Source: Anthoceros angustus (Eukaryota > Plantae > Anthocerotophyta). Taken from it: a stretch of DNA of 64,000 bases. Position numbers and translations under genes: made by a program. A model generated the notes under the pieces. It made no database searches and was not told the DNA's origin. It saw nothing but the letters and a program-made list of their open reading frames with translations. How positions within the stretch are numbered: position 1 is the first letter of the stretch; each line of letters opens with the position of its first letter. This document shows, one piece after another, positions 23,878-35,340 of the stretch. The stretch is taken from assembly GCA_010909165.1 (NCBI GenBank), contig MU008163.1:372001-436000 (forward strand), in the 5' to 3' direction.

Positions 23878-24900
23878 CACTTCATATTGTTTGAAACCGC
23901 CAATTCCTTGGCCTCGGTATGCTTGGGAAGCTGTTTGGCGACTTGTGAAGGTCGCACACTTCATAGCCTTCGAAGGCATGCTCGATAAGGTTAATCTTCT
24001 TCTGTTGCCAACATCGTATCCATATCTTTTAGCTGCGGTTTTCCTTGGATGACCTTACGGGTCACGCTATCAACATCTCTTCACCTTCTCGTCCTTGGGA
24101 CTCCTTGGAATACTCTCCATGCCCTTAGAGCATTGGAGCAGACGAGGGGTCGATTAGGGATTGTGTTGTAGTTGGGTCTTGTGGCTTCCGTTTGCTTCGC
24201 TCGCTTAGTCGTCACATTGTCTTTGTTCACCCGCACACTCTGGGAGTTCGCACTTCTCCACATCGGAAAATGGTGTCCACGTTCTCCCACAATTTACCCA
24301 CCTCGCAATCCTCAGCAGCGAGTCTTCACATCCACCATCTTACATACATAATCGGTGTCCTTGAGTTTCCAGCCTCCTCCGGCATCCCAGCAACTTGTAC
24401 ACATTGAACTTCCTTTGCAGTCGGTTTTCCATCGGGTGTGTCCGGTGCCAAATCTCAAGCTCATCATGTATGTAGCGTACTTGTTCAATAAAACCAAGCT
24501 TCTTCCTCTTATGCGCATACACATTGTGATCAGCTGCCGGCACCGCATTTCTTCCTCTGTCAAGCTGCATATACATGGCCTCAAGCCATTGAAATTTATC
24601 TTCCGCGGATACATTTGACGATTATGCGCATGGCGGCATAGCAATAGTTCCCTCGGCACCCCTAGGGTGTAATCTTTGAGCTCGATCTCCTCCGGTGCAT
24701 CTTCTTCTTCAAGCCTTTGTCTTTGGATCAATCATGCACAAAGTGGGGCGTCCCTTCCTTCTGGGACACATGCGCATCATCGAACAAGGCACTTCATCCA
24801 TGCCTCATCCACCTTCCTTATCGAGCATCTGCGTTAGAAATGAAGCGGGGCGTGTAATATGTGAATGTCGAATGTTGTGGTTTGCACCCGCTTCTTGTAG
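23878..24900 (-). pseudogene. Frameshifted coding region upstream of the methyltransferase; possible ParB/Srx-like domain
   Basis: Reassembled peptide: LCMIDP...KDYT..C.GN.CYAAMRII..YP...LTEEEMR..AADHNVYAHKRKKLGFIEQVRYIHDEL. GN-x-x-x-AA followed by L(T/S)xxE..A..HN resembles the ParB-like GxHR..A and L..E..N pattern. Confidence 0.4.
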
Positions 24901-25337
24901 GCCCGAGTGCGAACCATCTCCGATAGTCATCCTCCTGCGAAAGGAGCTCCGGTCGTTCGGCATCATGGTGTTGTCAAGACAGCAGCTTCCTCTTACGCAT
25001 GCTTCCTCGACTTCCTTAATTTTTCCGCCCTCGCCCACTTCTTCTCCATCACCACTGAGATCTTGCCTTCCTCTTCGCTTGATTGGTGTGCTCTGCATGG
25101 AAATCAAAACAAGATGCTTCAATTCTTACATGGGTTGGTGCGGAGGCGCATTAGGAGCATTCTTACCAGCCATTCGCCTTCTCATCTTCTTTCACAGTGC
25201 GGATTCCCTTCTTCTTCTTTCACAGTGCGTGCCCGAGTCTTCAGACGAGGGTCACCTCCTCCTCAAAAGCCTCAGTTAAGACCCACGAGGCTGGACATGT
25301 TGCGAGCCATGGCGGCCGTCGAGCTCGCCTCCGCCGG

Positions 25338-26010
25338 ACCACGAGGCGAGGCGCTCCTCCTCTTCCGGAGGCTCGGCTCGGCAGCCCGGGAACCTCGTCC
25401 TCCTCCATCTCGGTTGCATAATCCGGGCATCGTTTCGATGCACACAACCCACGGCCCTGATAGCGCGGTGCGTTCGCACCGCCTCGCTGCCCGATCACCG
25501 GTAGCGTCGATCACTACACCTCTTCTTGACACCTTGATGGCGTAGCGGGTAGAGCAAAATTGTTCTCCCCATTCATTTTAAAGAGGAAAACAATGAGTAA
25601 ACCCGCATGCGTGAAACCCTAGCGAAAATGGGAAGTGATACATGGTGACATACAATGACTTACATCTTGAACACTTTTGGAATCACATAAGGCCGATTTC
25701 AACTGGCGCTCCTCCTCTTCCGGAGGCTCGGCTCGGCACAGCCACCGGAACCTCGTCCTCCTCCATCTCCGGTTGCATAATCCGGGCATCGTTTCGATGC
25801 ACACAACCCACGGCCCGCGATAGCGGCGGTGCGTTCGCACCGCCTCGCTGCCCGATCACCGGTAGCGTCGATCACTACACCTCTGTTCTTGACACCTTGA
25901 TGCGTGGAGTAGAGCAGCAAAATTGTTCTCCCCATTCATTTTAAAGAGGAAAACAATGAGTAAACCGGCATGCGTGAAACCCTAGCGAAAATGGGAAGTG
26001 ATACATGGTG
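25338..26010. repeat. Tandem duplication of a ~310-bp unit (25338-25650 and 25706-26010)
   Basis: ctcctcttccggaggctcggctcggca...gggaagtgatacatggtgaca occurs twice, with indel differences. Confidence 0.9.
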
Positions 26011-26854
26011 ACACTGGGGCTCACAACGACGAGGCATTATCTTGGCATCCATTATCGGAGATGTGTGTTGATGTCATCGTTTATGTGCAAATGAGGTTTC
26101 TTGGTGACCAAAAGCGTATGTGCATATCTTCGCCCATTCAGTCCTTTGTTGCACATAGAATCCATCCGACTCTTGCACAGGAATCCCCTCAATACCATTG
26201 TAACCGTTAATCCATAAGGCCGATGGTGGAATCCAAGGCACTGGATCTTGAGTTCTTCTTACGCAACAACGCTCCACTCTTTATGCATGTTGTACCGGAA
26301 GAGAATCACGGAGCTTTTTCACTGCTCCACAAAGTTAAAAGCATGAGGAATCGCGGTGGCGCATTTCCACGAGGTTGGTGCTCCTCGGCCATCAATGTCT
26401 TCATATCCTCTCCGTTGACTACCCTTTGAGGTGGACGTCCGGACACTACCATGAGAGGATTCTCTCAATTGCATAATAGCGGGTGGGGTTACTGTTACCA
26501 CATTCGCGGGGATCTGCATCCCCTCATCCGGTACGCGCCCTTGCAGCGATCCTGCTGCTCTTGCAGCCGCCACTGCATTTTTCCGCTGCTTCCTGATGCG
26601 TGGCGGCGCCTCCAACGCAGCGGGGGGGTCGATCTCTGCATGCTTATTGCTCCGTAGCGTCCTCGCGATCACCATCCTGCAATCTTCAAAAACCTCTGTG
26701 CGGGAAGTTGGCGGGAGGAAGTAAGAGAATTCGTATCCGGACTCTCGAACTCTTGATGAAAAAGGAGAGGCTCGAGCTTCTGTGGAAATGAAATATGGAT
26801 GTTTGAGCGCATCAACGGATTACGATAAAGCCTTAACACCGCTAGTTACGCTAA

Positions 26855-29230
26855 AAGCGGCTCGAAGTTGTAGCAGCGGTTGGAGTCATGAACACGGTCA
26901 TCATTCATTTAACCTCAAATGCCTAAAATAGGCCCATCACAAATTCCGATGCATCCACCTCATCTTATGCCGTCATTTTCTAAGGACAGTGGCTGCACTC
27001 TCATTCAAGGTCCATCAGTCGACGGGATGGACCAACAGAAGACACAGCTTCCACATTTCACGTGTTTACCCAAGGACCTGTCAGATGTAGGTTTGATCGA
27101 CGTCCATGTTGTGGGGTGCATGATTTATAACTACACCATGTCGGCGGAACTCTTCATGGCATACGGGAACATCCGGAACGATGCAAACCTGACTATAGCC
27201 AATATCCAGCATGTCATTTCAAATTACGAGGGACTACTACCAAAGGTTCTTTATCTTCAACTCGACAATCGCACGGGAGAATAAGAATGCCGCTATTCGC
27301 TTACACGAATATGTTGGTAGAGCTTAAGGTTTTGAGAAGGTAAAGTAGGATTCCTCCGGTTGGGCACACTCATGACCAGTTGACGGATGTTTTCGAGGTT
27401 TTCAACGTGCTTGCGAAGGAAGCTTTACGTTGCCCAAAGTGGTATTTTGGAGAATGCATATCGCCCAAACCAAAATTATGGAGGTGAAAGAAGTTCCGGA
27501 CTTCGAAAGTTTGTGTGGCCAATACCTTATGGGAAGGTGGCTATAAGCAGTTCTTTGCGGTGAAAGCAGTTGCACAATATATCTTTTGACATCGGTTCAA
27601 AATAACCCGAGAAAGCGAGGTGGTGAGACTTATTCTTGTGATGAGGGGCAAACAATATTCCAGATGAATCTGGTCACCGGACGAGGTTGGAGTTTTGAAT
27701 AATGTCCCATCTACTCCTATTCAAGCTCGTTTGGTTCATTTGGAGGTCCAGTAAAAAGCGGCTCGAAGTTGTAGCAGTTGGAGTCACACGGTCATCATTC
27801 ATTTAACCTCAAATGCCTAAAATAGGCCCATCACAAATTCGATGCATCCACCTCATCTTATGCCGTCATTTTCTAAGGGCGGTGGCTGCACTCTCATTCA
27901 AGGTCCATCGATCGGATGGACCAGACTTCCACATTTCACGTGTTTACCCAAGGACACATCGGATGTAGGTTTGATCGGCGTCCATGTTGTGGGGTGCATG
28001 ATTTATAACTACACCATGTCGGTGAACTCTTCATGGCATACGGAACATCCGGAGCGATGCAAACGACTATAGCCAATATCCGGCATGTCATTTCAAATTA
28101 CGAGGGACTACTACCAAAGGTTCTTTATCTTCAACTCGACAATCTTGCGGGAGAATAAGAATGCCGCTATTCGCTTACACGAATATGTTGGTAGAGCTTA
28201 AGGTTTTGAGAAGGTAAAGTAGGATTCCTCACAGTTGGGCACACTCATGACCAGTTGACGGATGTTTTCGAGGTTTTCAACGTGCTTGCGGAAGGAAGCT
28301 TTACGTTGCCCAAAGTAGTATTTTGGAGAATGCATATCGCCCAAACCAAAATTATGGAGGTGAAAGAAGTTCCGGACTTCAAAGTTTGTGTGGCCAATAC
28401 CTTATGGGAAGGTGGCTATAAGCAGTTCTTTGCGGTGAAACAGTTGCACAATATATCTTTCGACATCAGTTCAAAATAACCCGAAAGCGCGAGGTGAGCG
28501 GACTTATTCTTGTGATGAGGGGCAAACAATATTCCAGATGAATCTGGTCACCGGACGAGGTTGGAGTTTTGAATAATGTCCCATCTACTCCTATTCAAGC
28601 TCGTTTGGTTCATTTGGAGGTCCAGTAAAAAGCGGTTGCGAGAGGAGAGATCCCGAAAGAAGTCTTGCGACAATGCGTGGGAAACTAGAGGAAAACTCGG
28701 GACCCATTTGGGCGCGGTGAGGATATTTGGTGGGAGGAATTGCAGGTGAGCAATCGACCATCGTGGACAAGATAGCATGTGAGCATCTTTGAGGAATTGA
28801 AGACCCCTTGGCAGTAGTGCGATAGAACACATAATGAAGAGTTGCATCGCCTTGGTTGTTGTACAGGTGAGATTTTCTGACATCAATCGTTCGGCAAGTG
28901 CCCGGACATGTATGTTGGAGCGTCGAGCGGATGATGCGGCGGGAACAAGAAAGCTTGAGCGGCGATGTGTTGGAGATACAAAGCAGGTCACATGATTGCG
29001 GTGCCTTGTGGGGCAGATCGACAATCGACCATTACGGCTCGCAAAAGTTCTCTGGTGGACTTCCAATGTGACGCCCCATTCATTAAAGTCCATTGGTGGG
29101 TGACTAAATGCAGCGCATTTGAAGGCGGTACCTAGAGGAGATGATTTTACGATCGACCACCAGCGGCGGTCGTGGGGTCGCTCTCAAGCGGAGCATGAGG
29201 TTGCGGAAACACGTCGACAAATTGCTTCTT
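26855..29230 (+). mobile_element. Sola-like DDD-type DNA transposase, frameshifted; core duplicated in tandem (26855-27755 and 27756-28635)
   Basis: DGMDQQKTQLPHF, LPKVLYLQLDN..GENKN, MLVELKVFEKVKVGFL.VGHTHDQ.D..F, and later MRGKQYS and RPL.LAKV..WW. The D..DN..(G/R)ENKN..GHTH..D spacing is typical of Sola-related transposases. Confidence 0.72.
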
Positions 29231-29239
29231 GCGAGACAC

Positions 29240-29963
29240 ATTCATCTTGGCATACGGGTTTTCTCTAACAAAAGCGAAGCAACTAAATGCAAGGACCGAA
29301 CCATAATACGGAAAAACATATACGTTTTGCGCTCATGCGGGAGGAAGCTCGGAACATATGGAAGGAAGGGACTGCGGATAATGGCGTTGCGAAGATGTTG
29401 CATCGGCGAGGACATTGAAACACTTGATGAACATGGTTCATGGAGTTGATTAGTTAGTTTTCGATTGACCATGGACTCCTACTAGTCTTTGGTGGGAAGG
29501 TATGCGGTGTGGCGCACTTCTCAGTGGATAGGTTGTGTGTTCCCCATGGACATAAGCGGCTTAACCAAGTGCAGTATGGGCACACAAAATGACGGTACAA
29601 CCACAATTTGCGATTATGTTCCAAATCGGCCAAAACCGTGTCTCTATTCGATGGACCTTATTTTTAGGACAACACATGATAAGACCGGCTGTCGACAAAT
29701 GTTCAAACGCATCCACGATTCGGTCCCACACTTTTTAAAGTTTTGGAGGAATGAATTCAAAGACAATAATTTTTTGGCCACGTTCTTTTCCGGTCCTGTC
29801 GAAAAGTGGATGCCAAATTTCTTCAAAACCCGCAATAACGTACATGGTTTTCTGGGACATGCTTTTTTTTGAATATGATGATGGGAAAGTTTACTGCCTT
29901 TTGCCCAGCAGCCCATTTCAACGGAATCCGCCGATATTGCGCAGACACTGTTTCAAGCCCTAG
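29240..29963 (+). pseudogene. Disrupted ORF, possibly a Ulp1/C48-type SUMO protease
   Basis: Fragments VDRLCVP..., TTIC..VPNRPKPCLYSMD and RQMFKRIHDSVPHFLKFWRNEF resemble the Ulp1 core (hhhP..HW..hhC..PChhhhDS). Catalytic His and Cys cannot be read cleanly. Confidence 0.3.
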
Positions 29964-30569
29964 CTACAATCTTAGTAACTACTTACTTAAGCTTTAAGCT
30001 ATTATTTACTACCACACTTCCTAGGCTACATGCTTAACATGCTCTTAGTAAGCTACTCTTCTAAACATGCCTCTGCATGGAGCTTTCTTGCAAAGCACTC
30101 AAGCCAGTTTTGTTACTGCAACTGTGGAAACAGAGAACAACAAACGTGGGTAAGAAAGAGGTCAAACAACGGGACGGAAAACAATCGTTACGAGATTAGA
30201 AGTAGAAAATGAGAAACTTGCCCAAGAAAAATGTCAAATCAACTTTAAAACATCAGAAGTTTCTCCGGAGCGTCTTGTGATAAAAGGCACAAGCATTCAA
30301 GCTAAGTCTTAAGTCGGTCTGCTGGAGTAATACCGCTCTGTTGGAGGCAGAGCAATCCCAGCAATCGTGCCACCCCAAACGGGGCAAATACCACCCCACG
30401 TCGATTTGCTTACATGACCAACAATGCTACTAAAAACCTGGCGTGCATCCTTCAGCTCACCGCATCTTTGAAAATAGAGATCACGCAATTGTTCAATAAA
30501 ATCAGCACACTTCTGTTCATCTCACACTTATGTTCAACTCAACAAGCAATAGTAATAAAACGTTCGCTG

Positions 30570-30890
30570 GAGGGGAGGCGGGGGAAGGAGGGGAGGGGAA
30601 GAGGGGAGGAGGGGAGGAGGGGAGGTATTTTGTGGGGGCATGATGAATGCGTCCATTCAATAGCGTCCAACGCCTCCGGAGGCACGCCACTTGGCAACGC
30701 GCAGTCCATTAATCCCAGTCCTTATACACAGTCTGAAGAAGGAAAACGTCGGGAGCGAGGGCGTTCTAATACTAGTACGTCACGCTCTTTGTTATTTTAT
30801 TAAGTGTTCTTATTATGAGCAGGCGCCACCTCGACGTCCACAAGCAAGTGCACACGGCTCAAATGGTACATGTTCATACATGCCCACCTT
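30570..30890 (+). repeat. Dispersed ~300-bp repeat led by a G-rich run; inverted copy at 44878-45185
   Basis: Shared blocks such as tgatgaatgcgtccattc, ctaatactagtacg, taagtgttcttattatgag and gtccacaagcaagtg occur in reverse complement at 44878-45135. Confidence 0.8.
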
Positions 30891-30899
30891 TCACGGGCT

Positions 30900-31365
30900 A
30901 TTGTATGACCAGCCATTATCGGACGTTTGGACGCCATTCTTGGATTTTGGCCGTCATTGTATGGCTAACCACTGTCGGGTGTTAGGCGGCATTGTAGGCT
31001 AGTCATTGTCGGGTGTTGGACGCCAGTCTTGGATTTTGGGTGCCATTGTATGGCCAACCATGGTCGCACGTTGGGCGCCATTGTATGGCCAGCCATGGTC
31101 GGGCGTTGGGTGCCATTGTCGGGCGTTGGGCGCCATTGTCGAGCATTGGGCGCCATTTTTGGGCGTTGGGGGCCATTGTATGGCAACCATTGTCGGGCGT
31201 TGGGCGCTATTGTATGGCAACCATTGTCGGGTGTTGGGCGTCATTATATGACAAGCCATTATCGGGCGTTGGGTGCTATTGTATGGCAACCATTGTCAGG
31301 CATTGGGTGCCATTGTATGGCAAGCCATTGTCGGGCGCCATTGTATGGCAACCATTATATGGAAA
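30900..31365. repeat. Degenerate ~32-bp tandem repeat (ccattgtcgggcgttgggcgccattgtatggcaa)
   Basis: Directly visible array. Confidence 0.9.
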
Positions 31366-31480
31366 CCGTTGTAAATCATCGAGACGTGAATTTTCCAAGT
31401 TGTAGTCTACCTTGTAGATTATGTTGTAAAGCTAGCGATTCACAATTTTTTTAGGTTGTAAATTGATGAAATATTTTAAT

Positions 31481-32220
31481 TATTAGGGCACTATTCATTA
31501 GGCTCGTATAAATCCCTAGAATTAATAATTAATTAATTCTTAGGGTTATAAGTAGTTTCATTAGTTATTTATGGTTAATTGGTTACAACAACCTATAACC
31601 ACCTACTTCATATAAACTCAATGTTCTTTCTATTATGTTTATCAATGCATAAGATCCTTTGAGTAAGTCCTCGATTCTCTTCATGGTATCAGAACACTCT
31701 TGCTCTCAATTTGATCATGCAACTACAAGCATCTAAGGAGCTCCTCTAGGAGACAATATCTATCTAGGATTTTCCTAGAAATGGAGTTCGCCTTTCTTAG
31801 AATTGCTCCCTTTGAATGCATTTCATTTGTGTACACATTTCTTCTCTAATAATGCATCATTGTGCTAATCCTTTGTCTAATCTCCATGGATTTCCTCATC
31901 CTTAGAAGGAGTAGGCATAGGACTAAGAGAAGAGATAGATCTGCAAAGCAAGAAGCCCACATTAAGAGCCATCAGGTTAGATGCAATAGAGAACTTGATG
32001 TAATTGATAGAGAGATTGATAGCATGTCTATTTACATCTCTAATTTCATTGCCCCTACTCTAATCCCACAATCTAATCAAGGGGAATTAATCAAACTCTT
32101 TAGACGTAAGGGTGTAAGCATGGTTTGGTGCCACACATTAGTACTTAATGTCAAAACACAATTGATCACCTTGAGAGAGTGTGTGAAGGTTAGAATTCAA
32201 ACTTTCAAATCTCACTTGTG
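31481..32220 (+). mobile_element. LTR retrotransposon 5' end: ~200-bp LTR, tRNA-iMet primer-binding site and decayed internal sequence
   Basis: LTR-like tattagggcac...ttca (31481-31683) immediately followed by TGGTATCAGA (31684-31693). A related LTR fragment lies at 46205-46345. Confidence 0.65.
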
Positions 32221-33199
32221 ATTATTGAATGATTTATTTTTACCTCCCCATGATTTAATTATGTTAATTTGTCAGCTTAAAATTACTTACATATGATGAT
32301 ATAAAATTACATAACCTTTCTTACCTTGTATTATGTGGAATAACCTCGTTGACCGGAAACCCAACTTTGTGCATGCAACCTGCTTGGCCTGCCCTCCCCT
32401 ACCTTACGCCTGTCTCCTCGGCGCCGCCATCACCCCCTTCCGCATAGTATCCCTTGCATTTGTGTTTGTGTGTCACACTGCCTTCGTTGCGGCTCGTCCT
32501 CCCTCCCTCCATCCCTGCCCCCACATTCCTCTGTCGCGGCCTTCGCCTAGTGTGCCTGCTGCCCTGCCGTACTGTGGAGGTGTGGGTGCCATGGTTGGCC
32601 AGCAATCCTCCTCACGGAATAAGAAGAGGAATGCACAGTCTGCTCGGGAGCGAGCTGCTCGTGTGCTATCTGTCGTGGAGGAGAATTGTAGGATATGGAG
32701 TTGGCATGACGAAGATGAAAAGCTCCGCAACAAAGGCATCAATGTTTGGGACGATATGCTTCTCAAGGGTTTGAAGGAGCTTGTTGGAGGTGCTGAGGTT
32801 ATCACAATGTGGTTTGGGGAGCCATTTCGTGCTAGCGAAGGCTACAAGTTCAACGCTACTACAAGGTTACTTCATGAGGAGTGGGCGAATGTGTATAACA
32901 GCGTCTGTTTAGAAAGGGGTTTCTCCTGTCAAAAGGGGTTTTGGAAAAAATCCCACCCTATTTCGCCGGAAACTGAAGTTGGTTTGGTTTTTGTTGGTTT
33001 TTGTAGGTGTTCATCCATCGGTTTCGGGCATTCTCGGCTCCGGCACCACTTCCTATCGAGTCATTTACACCGCATTGGCGCCTTGTACTCATGTTCATGG
33101 CGATTTAGTCGGTGTGATGAAGGGCTAGTGACCTTATTGTTCCATAATTTCGTCATGTCGTAGTTTACGCATTTGTGTGGTTTTGTATGTTTTGTATAC

Positions 33200-35340
33200 C
33201 GGGGGCCTAGGCGCATAAGTGCGCGTCTAAACAACGCTATGCAAACTTGTGCATGTGCAAAAGAGCGAAAAATAATCTTCTAATGGGGAAACATGTCCTT
33301 TTGGAGGTCGAGGATGTCGGAACTCCCAACAAAATAACAAGTAGTAGACATCGGAGGTTCACCTAGACCGCTCTCATATATCTATCCTATGCCCTAATGC
33401 GATGAAGAACACCCTATCCCTTTTTATCCTTTCGGTGTTTAGTCTCTTTCGGTGACCTAGTACCGGGTTATCATCAAACATGCTAGGGGCCCTGGGTGAA
33501 CAAGTGCATGTACTGGGGCAGGAGGCCAGTGCACGCACCCAAGGTCAAGAAGGGCCTAGGCGCATAAGTGCGCGCATAAGTGCGCGCACCGAGGCAAGGG
33601 GCCCGTGCGCGCATAAGTGCGCGCACCGAGGCAAGGGGCCCGTGCGCGCATAAGTGCGCGCACCGAGGCAAGGGGCCCGTGCGCGCATAAGTGCGCGCAC
33701 CGAGGCAAGGGGCCAGTGCACGCACAAGTGCACGCACCCAAGGTCAAGAAGGGCCTAGGAGCATGAAACCATATGGTTCATGCCTCCTAGTGCATTCAGA
33801 CAGTTCATCAAAGAAAAAAGAGCAAAAGTCTAAAAACCCTTAAAACCCTAAAAATCACAAAAAGTCCAGTTTTTGAGGCAAGTCGCACTTGCCCTAAAAT
33901 TTTTGACAATTTTTGAATTGTTTTGTATTTTTTGATATTTTGTTGTTTTAAAGGGTTCCTTTCGGCGTTTTCAACCTTTTTTGTGCACCTCCCTAATGTG
34001 GATATGCTCTTATCTTTACTTAACCCTCGTCTTTTTTCTAGTGGTTAAAACTTTGAACTAGTAGTGAGAACATTTTGCATCTTTTGAATCTTGAGACGTT
34101 TGGCGTGGGCCCAGCTCCAAGTGCAGACTATGCCACTCTCATTCTCGCACTGCATGTGGATCAAGAACATCGACGAAGATATTATTATCCCAATGTCTAA
34201 GAAACAAAGTCCTGTAAAATTCTCAGAGCGAGAGTATAGTCTTAGGATTGACTGGTATGAATGAAAGGTTGGTGCGCAAACTTGTGCCTTGTGCAAAAGA
34301 GCGAAAAATAATCTTCTAATGGGGAAACATGTCCTTTTGGAGGTCGAGGATGTCTTGGAACTCCCAACAAAATAACAAGTAGTAGACATCGCGGAGGTTC
34401 ACCTAGACGCTCTCATATCTATCCTATGCCCTAATGCGATGAAGAACACCTATCCCTTTTTATCCTTTCGGTGTTTAGTCTCTTTGGTGACCTAGTAGGG
34501 TTATCATCAAACATGCTAGGGGCCCGGTGGGTGAACAAGTGCATGCAGGGGCAAGGGGCCCGTGCGCGCATAAGTGCGCGCACCGAGGCAAGGGGCCCGT
34601 GCGCGCACCGAGGCAAGGGGCCAGTGCGCGCTTGTGCGCGCACCGAGGCAAGGGGCAGGGGCAAGGGGCCCGTGCGCGCACCGAGCAGGGGGCCTAGGCG
34701 CATAAGTGCGCGCACCGAGGCAAGGGGCCCGTGCGCGCACCGAGGCAAGGGGCCCGTGCGCGCATAAGTGCGCGCACCGAGCAGAGGCCAGTGCACGCAC
34801 GCACCCAAGGTCAAGAAGGGCCTAGGAGCATGAAACCATATGGTTCATGCCTCCTAGTGCATTCAGACAGTTCATCAAAGAAAAAAGAGCAAAAGTCTAA
34901 AAACCCTTAAAACCCTAAAAATCACAAAAAGTCCAGTTTTTGAGGCAAGTCGCACTTGCCCTAAAATTTTTGACAATTTTTGAATTGTTTTGTATTTTTT
35001 GATATTTTGTTGTTTTAAAGGGTTCCTTTCGGCGTTTTCAACCTTTTTGTGCACCTCCCTAATGTGGATATGCTCTTATCTTTACTTAACCCTCGTCTTT
35101 TTTCTAGTGGTTAAAACTTTGAACTAGTAGTGAGAACCTTTTGCATCTTTTGAATCTTGAGGCGTTTGGCGTGGGCCCGACTCAAGTGCGAGACCATGCC
35201 ACTCTCATTCTCGCCTTGCATGTGGATCAAGAACATCGGCGAAGATATTATTGTCCCAATGTCTAAGAAACAAAGTCTGTAAAATTCTCGGGCGAGTATA
35301 GTCTTAGGATTGGTGGTATGAATGAAAGGTTGGTGCAAAC
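33200..35340. repeat. Tandem duplication of a ~1.05-kb unit (33243-34279 and 34280-35340) carrying 33-bp GC-rich arrays (gcgcgcataagtgcgcgcaccgaggcaaggggcccgt); unclassified TE
   Basis: Near-identical blocks, for example 33740-34050 and 34810-35115; arrays at 33555-33745 and 34545-34830. Confidence 0.88.

Noticed and set aside
22690-24900. The methyltransferase as bacterial contamination or part of a restriction-modification system
   Set aside because: It is embedded among plant genes and eukaryotic TEs, has a probable spliceosomal donor, and no restriction endonuclease or operon structure is visible. Chimeric assembly cannot be excluded without reads.
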